Source of the DNA: Okamejei kenojei
Lineage: Eukaryota
Assembly (NCBI GenBank): GCA_035221665.1
Contig: CM069138.1
Location: 22,382,001-22,446,000 of the forward strand
Direction: 5' to 3'
DNA length: 64,000 nucleotides
A program made the translations under genes and the position numbers. Position 1 is the stretch's first letter, and each line of letters starts with the position of its first letter. Below, one piece after another: positions 52,701 to 64,000 of the stretch. The notes beneath the pieces are model-generated. The model did no database searches. It was not told the DNA's origin and saw nothing but the letters and a program-made list of their open reading frames with translations.

Positions 52701-55239
52701 AAACCCTGGCAAATATGTTAATAAATGAATATATTCGGATCAAACGATAAAGGAAGACTTATCAATTATTTCATTAGATGCAGAAAAAGCACTTGACTAA
52801 GTAGCATGGAAATATCTTTTTACAGTATTGCAAAAATTCCAGTTGGTGGAACATTTTATTTCATGGATAAAATTGCTATATGACAAACCGTTGCCAGAAT
52901 ACTGACTAATCATGTACTCTCATCTAAATTTCAACTATCCGGGGCAATAGACAGGGATGTGCATTATCACCCCTGTTATTTGCCCTCGCGATTGAACCTT
53001 TAGCAGAAAGCATAAGAGTAAATCCAAATATTCATGGCTATAACACTAAATATTCTAATAATAAAATATCATTACATGCAGATGATGTAGTACTTTATAT
53101 CACCAATTCCCAAGTTCGCATTCCAAATATCCTAAATCTTATGGAGGAATTTGGCTCCTTTTCAGGATATTGAATAAATTGGAACAAAAGTAAAATCATG
53201 TCAATAAAACCTGAAGATCTGACGCACCTTCTAAAATTCCCTTTTAGAATTGCTACGGAAAAAATTAAATATCTTGGAGTGTACGTAACTAGTAAATACA
53301 CTTCTTTATTTCAAGCAAACTTTCCTCCATTAATTACCAAACTAAATGCCCTTACTCAATTTTGGAAAATGTTTCTGATGTCTCTCATAGGCAGAATCAA
53401 TGCCATAAAGATGATCTTCAAATCCTGTACTTATTTCAATCAAACTTATTTCAATCTAAATAAACTTGACTCTCTGATCACAAACTTTATTTGGGATTAT
53501 AAAACACACAGAATCTATAAACAGCATCTATGTAAACCCAAAGAAATCGGCGGATTGGTTCTCCCCAATTTTTAATACTATTACTGGGCAACGAATATTA
53601 AAAACTTAATCTATTGGATGGACAACACATGCCAACAGGTAAAATGGTTAATAATGAAGGGAGGGGATTGTTCGCTATCTAATATAGGCGTGATTCTTCT
53701 CTCTCCAATACATTTGAAGAAAACACTATGTGAGAAAAATCCAATTATCCAAAGTACCCTACGAATCTGGAAACAAGTGGTCAACCCTTAAAACTGAAAA
53801 ATCTATCTCTTCTCTCACCAATTGCCAACAACCCTTCATTCAAGCCGTCTATTTAAGCAAAACGTTCACACATTGGGAAAGATTAGGAATTAAAAAACTG
53901 GGAGATCTTTATGAGATGGGAACTCATCTCTCATTTCAAGAATTACAGTTGAAATATCATCTGAAAGGTAGCCAATATTTTAGATACCTTCAAATCCGAT
54001 AAATCATATATCCAAGACTATCAATCTACGTTGCCAGACACACCAAACGAATGTATGCATAGAATCTCGGATTCAAACAAGTAATATCATTAAAAAAACA
54101 CCCTTTTAAATATACAAACCCCATCGACAGAAGCAATTAGAAGAGCTTGGGAAGGTGGAACATGCCTAAAAATCTTAAAAGATAGATGGGATGAAAACCT
54201 TCTATATATATATATACACAACTGTTCTCTTAACATCAGGCATCCGTTAATTCAATTTAAAATACTGCACAGACTCTATTATTCAAAGTCTAAACTGAAC
54301 AAGATCTTTCCAAATGTATCTCCTATTTGTGATAAATGTCTCCTTCAGGGAGCAACTATAACCCATTCCTTTGCCTCTTGTATAAAATTACACAATTTCT
54401 GGAGAGGAATTTTTGAATTTTTTTCTAAAACACTAAAAATAAAATTGGATCTCAACACTACACACTACGCACACTCTAGGTACTTCTGAAGCCTGTTCTG
54501 AGCTATCACTATTTCAAAGACGTTTCCTTAATTATGGCCTGATAACGACGAAAAAAGAAACAAATTTTGGAAACATACATCAGTCCCTACTCTTAAGATG
54601 TGGATTATAAACATGTCTGAGAAACTACATCTTGAAAATATTAGACTTGTCTTGGCAGAAAAAACAGATCATTTTTCCAAGACATGGACATCCTTCACTG
54701 ATTTCTTACAAGGATAGTATGGCGCAACACAACTTTGGATATACATCTAACTATGGGTTGGGTGAGAGTGGGTGGGGAGGGATGACAGGCAGGTATTACC
54801 ATCACTTCTTTTTTCTTTTTCTTTTTGTCCTTTTCTTTTTTTCCTATTCCTCTCTTCTTTCTTTTTTTTATTCACTCTTTGGCTACACTACTTTGGTAGT
54901 CTAGGCATCCAATCTTGCACATCTGGGTTTCTCTATCTTGCTTTTTTTCTCCTTTCTTTTCTTCTAATTCAAAGCTAAAAAGTTAAAATTGAAGCTGTAC
55001 AATAACTGCATAATTTTATATGCCGTTGGTTATATTCTTGTACATTTGCTTCTAATAAATTAAAAAAAAAAGAATTTGGTGACCTTGCCCCCTGCTTGAA
55101 ATGGCAAGAAACTGCACTTGAATTTGTTGGCCTTGCACCCTGTTTGGCATGAAACTGCACTTGAATTTGGTGGCCTTGCATCCTGCTTGACATGGAATGA
55201 CACTGTACTTGAATATTTCCCCCTCTACTCTTAGCTCTG

Positions 55240-55492
55240 TGCCAAACAGCTGGCACCAATATATACAGACATTTTAACTTGTCCCAGCAAACATATACAG
55301 TCCCTGCCTGCTTCAAAGTCTCCACTATTGCCCATGTACCCAAAAAGGCAAGGATTACTTGTCTTAATGACTACAGGCCTGTCACACTGACCTCTGTAGT
55401 CATGAAGACACTCGAAAGGCTTGTGCTGGCCAAGCTGAAAAATATCACAAACTCCCTGCTGGACCTTCTGCAGTTTGCATATCGGGTCAATA
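55240..55492 (+). mobile_element. Rex1/Babar-like RT fragment
   Basis: [48 protein letters not shown]. Confidence 0.85.
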
Positions 55493-55494
55493 AA

Positions 55495-56640
55495 TGCGTG
55501 TCAATACGTCGACGCATGGCGTGGGAATCGGAGCAGTTCGAAACTGCTCCAGCAGGTAAGATAATTTTGTTTCAGGAATGGGCCGCTGCTCCAAAACTAG
55601 GTGCAGCGGGCCCGCGAGAAGCTGATGGCGCAGCCTGTGCAGCTACTGCCGTTGGAGCTCTGAACAGGAGCAGGTGGCCGGACTTGGTGAGGAAACTTAA
55701 TTCCTAAACAAAAAAAGAAAAAAAAAAATGTTTGCTCATTTATGCAGGGCCACTGACATGCACCCTGCAAAGTATCTCTTCGGAGAGGGCTTATGTTAGC
55801 AAGTTTAAGACTTGCAGGAAGAATTTTAGGTGGCTGCGGGGGTGGTAGAACCATCCTATGTGGGTAGGGCTTCATTATTCCGGCGGCATACCACCTCTAT
55901 ATATAACTAATGGCAGGAATTGTTATTCTGAGGCTGGTTGGAACACTAGACCTACTCAATTCAGACCTAGCCATTTTTAGGCCCAGGGCCATCGCGCTCA
56001 CCTTGGTGAAAGAATGTGTTGCGCACAACTGGCGACTGAGATAGGCCATTCCAGGGAGAGGACTGCGTCAGCAACTCCTAGTTCACGGTTGCATTATGAT
56101 ATTTTCCAATCTGAGGGTGATTCTGCCTGTGAGGAGTTGACAGGGAACTCGTATTCCCACACCAAGTGGATGCTATGCTTCAATTCTAGTCGCATTAAGG
56201 ATCTGGTGTATGTTCTGATTCTGTCAGACACTGAAGGTTTGTAGTTGAGGCAAAATCAAAGTCGAAAGGCTTTAACTCCAAAAGCTTTTGAGAATTCTCT
56301 GGCGAAGAAAAATGTTGCATGCCAAATCAGGTTAGTATTTGGCTAGTCTGATCATGTGTTTGGTTAAGATGGATAATTGTCTTTAAGCAATTTAGCTGAT
56401 TCAAAGGATTTAGGGCCTCAATCGATCTTGAAGATGCATACTTTTCCATATTTATATACACAAGACGAGCAGATATATCTGGTGTTTTTGATGACAAAGC
56501 CAGTGGTGGAAAGTTTAGGCTTTCCCAAGGGGTTGTCTTCAGACCTAGGTTATTTAAAAAGATTCTAAAGCTAATGCTGCCCTACTCAAATCAAAACGGC
56601 ATTGAGTCATGGAGTTCATAGATGACATGCTTTTGTATCT
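55495..56640 (+). mobile_element. Internally deleted, degenerate DIRS1-like element
   Basis: The 5' motif tacgtcgacgc is shared with the other DIRS copies. Fragments KYLFGEGL, ASIDLEDAYFSI, FPKGLSS..RLFKKILK, VMEFIDDML. Confidence 0.65.
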
Positions 56641-56669
56641 CTGCAAGGTTGTATGGGAAGTTTGTATTA

Positions 56670-59585
56670 TGACATTTAAATATGCACAAGAAATTTCAGG
56701 AGCTGGTCTATAATATCGGCAGAGGGGAAGCGCTGAAGATATGACTTTTTAATAAAAGACGATGCTCTCGTTAAGATGGCGGAATTTTACACGAGGCGAT
56801 GGCTAGACATTTATCTCACTGGAATGTTAATTCATGGCCAAACTTTATGTTTCACTTGGAATGAAGGACAAAACAAAGTGGAGCCGTGGAGCATGGAAAA
56901 ACGGATACAAAGGGACTTTAAAATAAAAACTGATGAATTAAAACATTTCTTAATAATCTAATACTAACATATAAGTAACCAAGTAATTGAATTAACTTAG
57001 CAATAGCAATAGAAACAAAATATGAAGTAGTATAACGTAATAATGATTTACTCCTCCGGGGGTGGGAGGCGGGGGGTTTACTTCATACTGTTAATTAATT
57101 TTTAGAGTTAGGATAATGAGCTAAATATATCGATATAGATATATATTATATTATACCAATAAACTAAAGCAAATATAACAGATTTGGCCCCAGTGGTGTG
57201 TAAGATGAGGGGGAAGTAATTCATAATGCAAGATGATAAACAAAAGAAACTGGGAGGAATCACGTTTTGTAGCTAGAAGGGGTGCCAATGAGCCAATTAA
57301 AATGGCTAACATTTGTGCACAATTAAAATCACTCAATACAGACATAATCTTCCTACAGGACACACACCTGAAACTTCAAGCTCACACCAGACTCAAGGCA
57401 AATTGGATTGCCCAAACATATTACTCTTCATATATTTCTAAATCTAGAGGCATGGCAATTATCATTCGTAAAGGATAGATAAAGAGGGGCGATATCTTAT
57501 AGTGACGTGAGAAATCAATGCTGCACCACTTACTTTGGTAAATATATATGTGCCTAATTTTGACAATCCACAATTTTTTAACAAAATACTGAATATAATT
57601 GCAGAGTTTATATGTGATAATGTGATAATTGTGGAGATTTCAATTGCGTTTCAGATCCATACCTGGATAGATTTGCACAACAAAAGAGGCTTAATATAAA
57701 ATCAAAAGCTAGTGAATTCCTAAATACATATATAAAAAATACAATATAACAGATGGCTAATCCAGTTGGAAGGGAATACTCTTATTACTCAATGTACATA
57801 AAACTTATTCACGTATCGATTATTTTTTAGGTGATACGAAATTAATTCCTTATACATCGAATCCTAATTATCATAATAGTATTATTTCTGATCACTCTCC
57901 ACTAACCTTCTCCTTAAAATTAGAAGGTATGCCCAATAAAAAAATGTTTTGGAGGTTTAATCCCCAAACTTTAAACGATCCGCAAGGTGGTATACATCTA
58001 AAGCAACAGATGGAATTTTTTTTTTGAGACTAACGACACACCAGGCATTTCACCCTCTTTATTATGGGAATCTTTTAAGGCATTTATTCGAGGATCCATA
58101 ATTTCATATCAAGCATTTCAAAACAAAAATATAAGGAAGACCATTTGAAGTTAGAAGAACAAATTAGACAGACTTAGATAATGCTAAAGAACCAAACATA
58201 GACACACATAATAAAAATAATAATATTGAAATGTAAACAGAATCTTATCCACGAGAGTTATAAGACTAATTTCAAATGACCAAAACAGGAAAACGTGAAT
58301 TCGGTGATAAATCACTTAAACGTTTGTACGTCAACTGAAGAAACGCGAAAAGGACCATTACGATTTCAAAAATCAAATCAGATGAATCGAATTGTTAAAA
58401 ACAAGACCTAACACATTAATAAAAGATACTCAATTTTATAAAAATATATTCACATCAAAAACATCCAAAGATAACATTAAACTTAGAAATTTCTTGGATA
58501 AATGAACCTCCCAAAACTTTAATCTGCTGGAACAAGAGGAATTAGGAGCTCAGATCTCAATTAAGGAAATAGAAGAGACAATAAACTAACTGAAGAACAG
58601 TTAAAACGTCAGGACCTGATGGATTTAATATGAATTTTGTAAAAGATTCTACAACGAGACAACTTCACCAGTTACACATTGTCTACAAAAAGTGTAGACA
58701 AACGCTTTAAAGAACAAATACAACCAGAAACACTAGCGGAATAAATGATTACACTCATACCGAAAATCCTGGTTCATATAGAGCCATCACATTGTTAAAC
58801 CACAGATCAGAAAATTCTAGCGAAAATTCTAGCAAGAAGATTGAGCAAATATGTTAGTATATTAATAAATGTGGATCCAAACGTGGTTTATACCTAAGAG
58901 ATACTCATTGAACAATTTGAGACGTCTGTTTAATATAATGTGTTCACATAATACTAAAGAGGAAGACTTATCAATTATTTAATTGGATGCAGAAAAAGCA
59001 TTTGACCAGGTGGTATGGGAAAATCTCTTCAAAGTATTGCAAAAATTTTAAATGGGAGAGAATTTTATCTTATTGGTAAAATTATTATATGACAAGTCGA
59101 ATGCTAGAATACTGACTAATAATGTACTCTCTTTGAAATTTCAACTATCCAGGGGCAATAGACAGGGATGTACACTATCACCCCTGCCATGTGCTCTTGT
59201 GATAGAACCCTTAGCAGAAAGTATAAGAATGCATCCGAACATCCATGGTTATAATACAAAACATTCAAATAATAAAATATCAGTATATGCAGATGATCTA
59301 TTATTATATATTACAAAATCGCAAATCAGCATACCAAATATATTAAACTTAATAGAGGAATTTGGATCTTTTTCAAGATATAGAATTAATTGGAATAAAA
59401 GTGAAATTATGACGATTAAAACCTCAAGAACCGACAACACCTTTTAAAATTCCCATTTAGAATTGCTACAGAAAAATTTAAACATCTGGGTATTCAAATT
59501 ACTAGAAAAATATAAATCTTTATTCAATGCAAACTATATGACCTTACTTACTAATTAAATGCTTTGATTAAATTTTGAAAAAAAA
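56670..59585 (+). mobile_element. L1-D: ORF1 end, spacer and indel-riddled ORF2, truncated after RT
   Basis: DIIFLQDTHLK, RGNRQGCTLSP, ISVYADD, YRINWNKSE. Confidence 0.85.
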
Positions 59586-59666
59586 CCAGAACGAAGATCT
59601 GTGACATTCGGGAGTTCTGTGCATTGACAGATTACAGCTAGAAGAACCCTGAGGGGCGACATTTAG

Positions 59667-59806
59667 TCAGTTCACTATTGCACGTTTGATTGGCAGCATA
59701 TTCGGTTGTCTCCTCGCTGACCTCTAAGGTTGGAGTTTTTATGGGAGCTTTGGCATTCTGTTGTACAAACTGAATTTTCAGCATACAACACCTCCGATTC
59801 CACCGA
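59667..59806 (-). CDS. Gene 2 terminal coding exon: cytoplasmic tail with ITIM and ITSM-like motifs (two +1 frameshifts in this assembly)
   Basis: Acceptor ctctgtttttctgttgcag|TCG (phase 0). Removing one A in GAAAATT and one in GCCAATC gives SVESEVLYAEIQFVQQNAKAPIKTPTLEVSEETTEYAAIKRAIVN*. Confidence 0.75.
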
Positions 59807-59989
59807 CTGCAACAGAAAAACAGAGTGTAAATGGCACAAGACACTGCTGAATTTTCGTTCATCAGTCAGAATATACGCAAAAATCACTCCATTACCATTA
59901 CAGTTTATAACGAATGGCATAAAAAAAACATATAAGAAGGAACAAGAAAGAGCGAATTACCAAAAAGGGGGACAAGGGAGCAAACTAGT

Positions 59990-61690
59990 TATAGTCATAG
60001 AGTAATACAGTGTGGAAACAGGCCCTTTAGCCCAACTCACCACAACCAGCCAACAATGTCCCATCTACCCGAGTCCCACTTGCCTGCGCTTGTCCATAAC
60101 CATCCAAACCTGTCCTATCCATGTACCTGTCCAACTGGTTACTTAAACGATGGGATAGTCCCAGCCTCAACTACCTCCTCTGGCAGTTTGTTCCATACAC
60201 CCACCACCCTCTGTGTGAAAAGGTACTCCTTGGTTCCTATTAAATCGTTTCCCCTTCACAGCAAAAGGATGTTGAGTACAGGAGCAGGGAGGTTCTACTT
60301 CAGTTGTACAGGGTCTTGGTGAGACAAACACCTGGAGTAATTTGCGTACAGTTTTGGTCTCCAAATCTGAGGAAAGGACATTATTGCCATAGAGGGAGTG
60401 CAGAGAAGGTTCACCAGACTGATTCCTGGGGTCAGGACTGTCTTATGAAGAAAGACTGGATAGACTCGGTTTATATACTCTCTGGAATTTAGAGATTGAG
60501 AGGGGATCTTATAGAAACTTACAAAATTCTTAAGGGGTTGGACAGGCTAGATGCAGGAAGATTGTTCCCGATGTTGGGGAAAGTCCAGGACAAGGGGTCA
60601 CAGCTTAAGGATACGGGGGGAAATCCTTTAAGACCGAGATTGAGATGAAGACTTTTTTCACACAGAGAGTGGTGAGTCTCTGGAACTCTCTGCCACAGAG
60701 GGTAGTTTGAGGCCAGTTTCATTGGCTATATTTAAGAGTGAGTTTGGATGTGGCCCTTGTGGCTAAGGGGGGGATCAGAGGGTATGGAGAGAAGGCAGGT
60801 AAGGGATACTGAGTTGGATGATCAAGCCAATGATCATATTGAATGGCGGTGCAGGCTCTCGAAGGGCTGAACGGCCTACTCCTGCACCTAATTTCTATGT
60901 TCTATGTTTCTAAGTTTCTACACCCTGAACCTATGTCCTCTGGTCCCGCGATTCCCCTTCTCAGGGTAAAAGACTGCAAGTCTACCTGATCTATTTCCGC
61001 TCATGATTTTATATACCTCTGTAAGATCTCCCCTCACCCTCCTAGCTGCATGGAATAGAGACCCTGCCTACTCAACCTCTCCCTACAGCTCACACCCTCT
61101 ATCCTGCAACATCCTTGTTAATCTTTTCTGAATCACTTCAAGCTTGATAACATCTTTCCTATAACATGGTGCCAGAACTGAAACACAAATTCTAAATGCG
61201 GTTTCACCAACGTCTTGACACACCACCAAACGTCTTCTTGACTGCAACATGACCTTCCAAGTTCTATACTCAAAACTCTGTCTGATGAAGGCCAAAGTGG
61301 CAAAAGCTGTTTTGACCACCTTATCTACCTGTAACTCGACCTTCATGTCACCATTCACTTGTACGCCTAGATCCCTTTGCTCTACAACACTACCCAGAGG
61401 CCTACCATTTACTGTGTAGGTCCTGCCCTTACTTTGACATCCCAAAAATGTCACACCTCATACTTCTCTGATTACATTTCCATCAACCATTCCTCCGCCC
61501 ACCCAGCCAATCGATCCAGATCCTGCTGCAATCGTTCACAACCATCCTATCTGCAAAACCACTAACATTTGTATCATCAGCAAACTTGCTTAATCTTGCA
61601 CTGTATGTTTCTCATCCAAATCATTGCTGTAGATGACAAGCAGTAACGAGCAACCAGCACCGATCCCTGTGGCACACCAATAGTCACAGG
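59990..61690. mobile_element. Minus-strand CR1 (59990-60260, 60921-61690) interrupted by a plus-strand CR1 3' fragment (~60265-60920)
   Basis: Minus strand QRDLGVQV. The plus copy matches the 43978-44610 CR1 apart from many single-base indels. Confidence 0.8.
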
Positions 61691-62085
61691 AATGAATGTG
61701 ATGTATGTACGTTAGACTTTGAATATAATGATATTTATGGAAGCTTGTTCATATCTTCTTCTTCTTGCGTATGGCGTGCACAGCCTAAAGTTGTAGGACA
61801 ACTTGTTCTATTTGATCTTATTTGATTGTGCACGTCAGGTTGATTGCATTCGTCGAAACAGGGCGGACCACGTGAAGGTTGCAATCTCCCACCCCGAAGC
61901 TTGTTCACATGTAAGGGTGTAAGGTGGACATTCGTATACCTGAGATGGCTTGTATTGGTCTAAAAGGGAAGTAATGGCATTCAATTAAAGGCATGGGCCA
62001 AAATGTCACCTGTCCATTTCTTTCCGCAGATGCTGCCTGACCCACCGAGTTGCTCCAGCAGTTTGTATTTATGTCTGGTACTTAC

Positions 62086-62129
62086 CATAGCGACATTGGG
62101 GGCCGGTTCTGTATTGGTCTTGGTTTCAA
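62086..62129 (-). CDS. Gene 2 penultimate small cytoplasmic exon
   Basis: Acceptor ttcttattttatttcag|, donor ATG|gtaagt; 44 nt. Read as phase 1 to 0 it encodes (x)ETKTNTEPAPNVAM, which phase-matches the ITIM exon. Confidence 0.65.
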
Positions 62130-63153
62130 CTGAAATAAAATAAGAATCCGTTGAGTTGTCACATACGGGTGATAATCAAAATGAAATCATAGTGCGGGTA
62201 TACTTATTGCCATCCCTTATCCAGTGCATTCAGATAGCTGCAACATTCTGCAGAACACATACTGTATGTTTAGTTCAGACATACATGGTGGAAACAGGCC
62301 CTTCAGCCACAAAGTATACACCGGCCAGCAATCCCCGTACACTAACACTATCCTCGACACTAGGGACAAACCTGTACGTCTTGGAAGTGTGAGAGGAAAC
62401 CAGAGCAATTGGGGAAAACCCACATGGTCAGAGGGAGAATGTGCAATCTCTGTACAGACAGCACCCGTAGTCAGGATTGAACCCAGGTCGCTGGTGCTGT
62501 AAGACAGCAACTCGACCACTGCGCCATTGTGCTGTCATATGTATGGAGAGTTTCTCACTCTTGACAGGGGCATGACAAGACTCACATATTTCTTAAAGGC
62601 TAGACATCTGGCTTACTTCTGGAGTCTGCAGGCTGTGGATCAGGCACATTTTAGGGAGTTAGGGCGTAGGCCTATGCTTCAGTGCAGTATTGTAGAAGCT
62701 GCCTTTTAGTTGGTGGATCTGTAAACTTCTCAATTAAATGTAAAGGATTATCATTTAATTAATTCATGGACATATGCCCTTTAGTTCACTATCATAGGTT
62801 TAAATCAGCCACCATCAAATGGATTACAATTTGAGAGTCTGTGTTAATGTTGGTCTTTCTTAAATTCTGCCATTAATTTGTCACTTGGAGCAGGCATCTT
62901 TCTAGAGGCTGCAGGAATTGATATATATCCAATAAGACTGATGGCGTGTCCATTTAGTGGAGGAGGGCAGAGGCAGCAGTACTTGGTGGCAGGCTGCTCT
63001 CTATTTTAGGGACACAAGAGACTGCAGATGCTGGAATCTGATAAGGTAGCGTGGCGTCGAAGGAAGGAAATGGCTGGAGATCTGCAATAGCCTGGGGCTT
63101 GCCTGGAACAGGCACTGCTCATAAGAACTAGAACGAGGACTTTGAAAATAGCA

Positions 63154-63167
63154 CCACTAGATGGCGC
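63154..63167 (+). promoter_or_regulatory. CTCF core motif match
   Basis: ccactagatggcgc matches the CCACYAGRKGGCRS consensus; motif only, may lie within a repeat. Confidence 0.35.
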
Positions 63168-63192
63168 CTCTTGCATGCGTGCCCAGTAGACT

Positions 63193-64000
63193 ATTTTACT
63201 TCGGAGTCACGTGAGTGACTACGTGAGAAGAAGCCCCGCCTGGCGCATGATTGGCATTACGTCGACGCTGTCGGTAGGCAAAGAGCTGCAGAGCGCAGCT
63301 CCACCAGCGGTAAGGAACAGGCCCGCAGGTAAGTGCATTGAATTATTTACAGGGCGTGTTTCAAACTCCGTGGTGCTGGCGTGCAGAGCCAGCAGGAGTT
63401 GAACGGAAAAGTGGAAATACTCTGGAGGAAAAACGGAGGTTAAAATGCGTCCCGGCAGATTAGTGGAAGCTCAGCGATCGGGACGGCAGATTAGTGCGGA
63501 GCCGGTTCCGATACCGGTGGCCGTTAAGATTAATTGTAGGGAGCCTTTAGTCATTCCACAAACTAAAGCCACGGGAAGAATCTTCAGTGGGAAGGAAAGA
63601 AGTCTGAGAGGCCGTGGTTTTAAATGGCTTTAAATGATTTTAATAAAGAAAGGCCTCCAGACAAGAAAGCCTTATGGCTCAGAATAAATTAAATGGATAA
63701 ATACTCCAGTATTATTTTCAACCAAGGGTCTAAAAAACCCAGAATATTCCCAGGCAGGCCGAGGGGTTTCCCTAACAAATATATGGTGCTTTTTACACTG
63801 TGGGAATATGAACCTCGGATTGGGCTGGAGGTAGTCTCCTTGAGCAAGTCTCAGGAGTACCAGGGCAGTACAGAAACTGACCCTAAAAGTGGTTTTGGTC
63901 GTGTACCCACCATGCACGTATAAATCCAGGTGTACTTAATGGGTACAAAGTACAATACCTGAAGGGAGCGGTGAGGCCATGGAAGGTAACCATGGTGGCC
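63193..64000 (+). mobile_element. 5' end of a DIRS1-like element (same family as 1-2578), running off the window edge
   Basis: Shares the terminus attttacttcggagtcacgtgagtgactacgtga, ggcccgcaggtaag and tagtgcggagccggttccgataccggtggccg with the reverse complement of 2235-2578. Confidence 0.85.

Larger units (their letters stand above)
41318..55071 (+). mobile_element. L1-C (41318-41544 + 49741-55071): ORF1 largely deleted, degenerate ORF2 ~51170-54720, polyA
   Basis: 5' cttccggtggcgc. The ORF1 end LRYGIMYLAKLRVT|YGQ is continuous across the nested insert. ORF2 has CSWNIMG and FLQEMH. TSD gaatttggtg(g/a)cctt at 41303-41317 and 55072-55086. Confidence 0.9.

Overview
Vertebrate genomic DNA, mostly transposon-derived. 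The repeat set (HE1/V-SINE-like SINEs, CR1 with (TTTCTATG)n tails, AT-rich L1s, Penelope hairpins, DIRS1) points to a cartilaginous fish, probably a skate or ray (inference). Two minus-strand genes can be reconstructed from splice sites. Gene 1 has a signal-peptide exon (21434-21386) and three phase-1 exons (10007-9645, 8447-8103, 5939-5592). Each of the three encodes a complete germline-joined V+J-type Ig domain with no RSS, giving an open 368-codon V-V-V ectodomain that continues off the left edge. Gene 2, upstream on the same strand, shows only its last two exons (62129-62086, 59806-59667). They encode a cytoplasmic tail with ITIM (VLYAEI) and ITSM-like (TEYAAI) motifs, hidden by two single-A insertions that look like assembly errors. 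Together they suggest a tandem cluster of non-rearranging, antigen-receptor-like inhibitory immune receptors. The rest comprises four L1s (including a minisatellite>L1>L1>CR1 nest with resolvable TSDs), many CR1 fragments, three DIRS1 remnants, Penelope-derived hairpins with hammerhead-like cores, a Tc1 MITE, Rex1-like and ERV remnants, and Helitron-like units. Repeat boundaries without a stated TSD are approximate.
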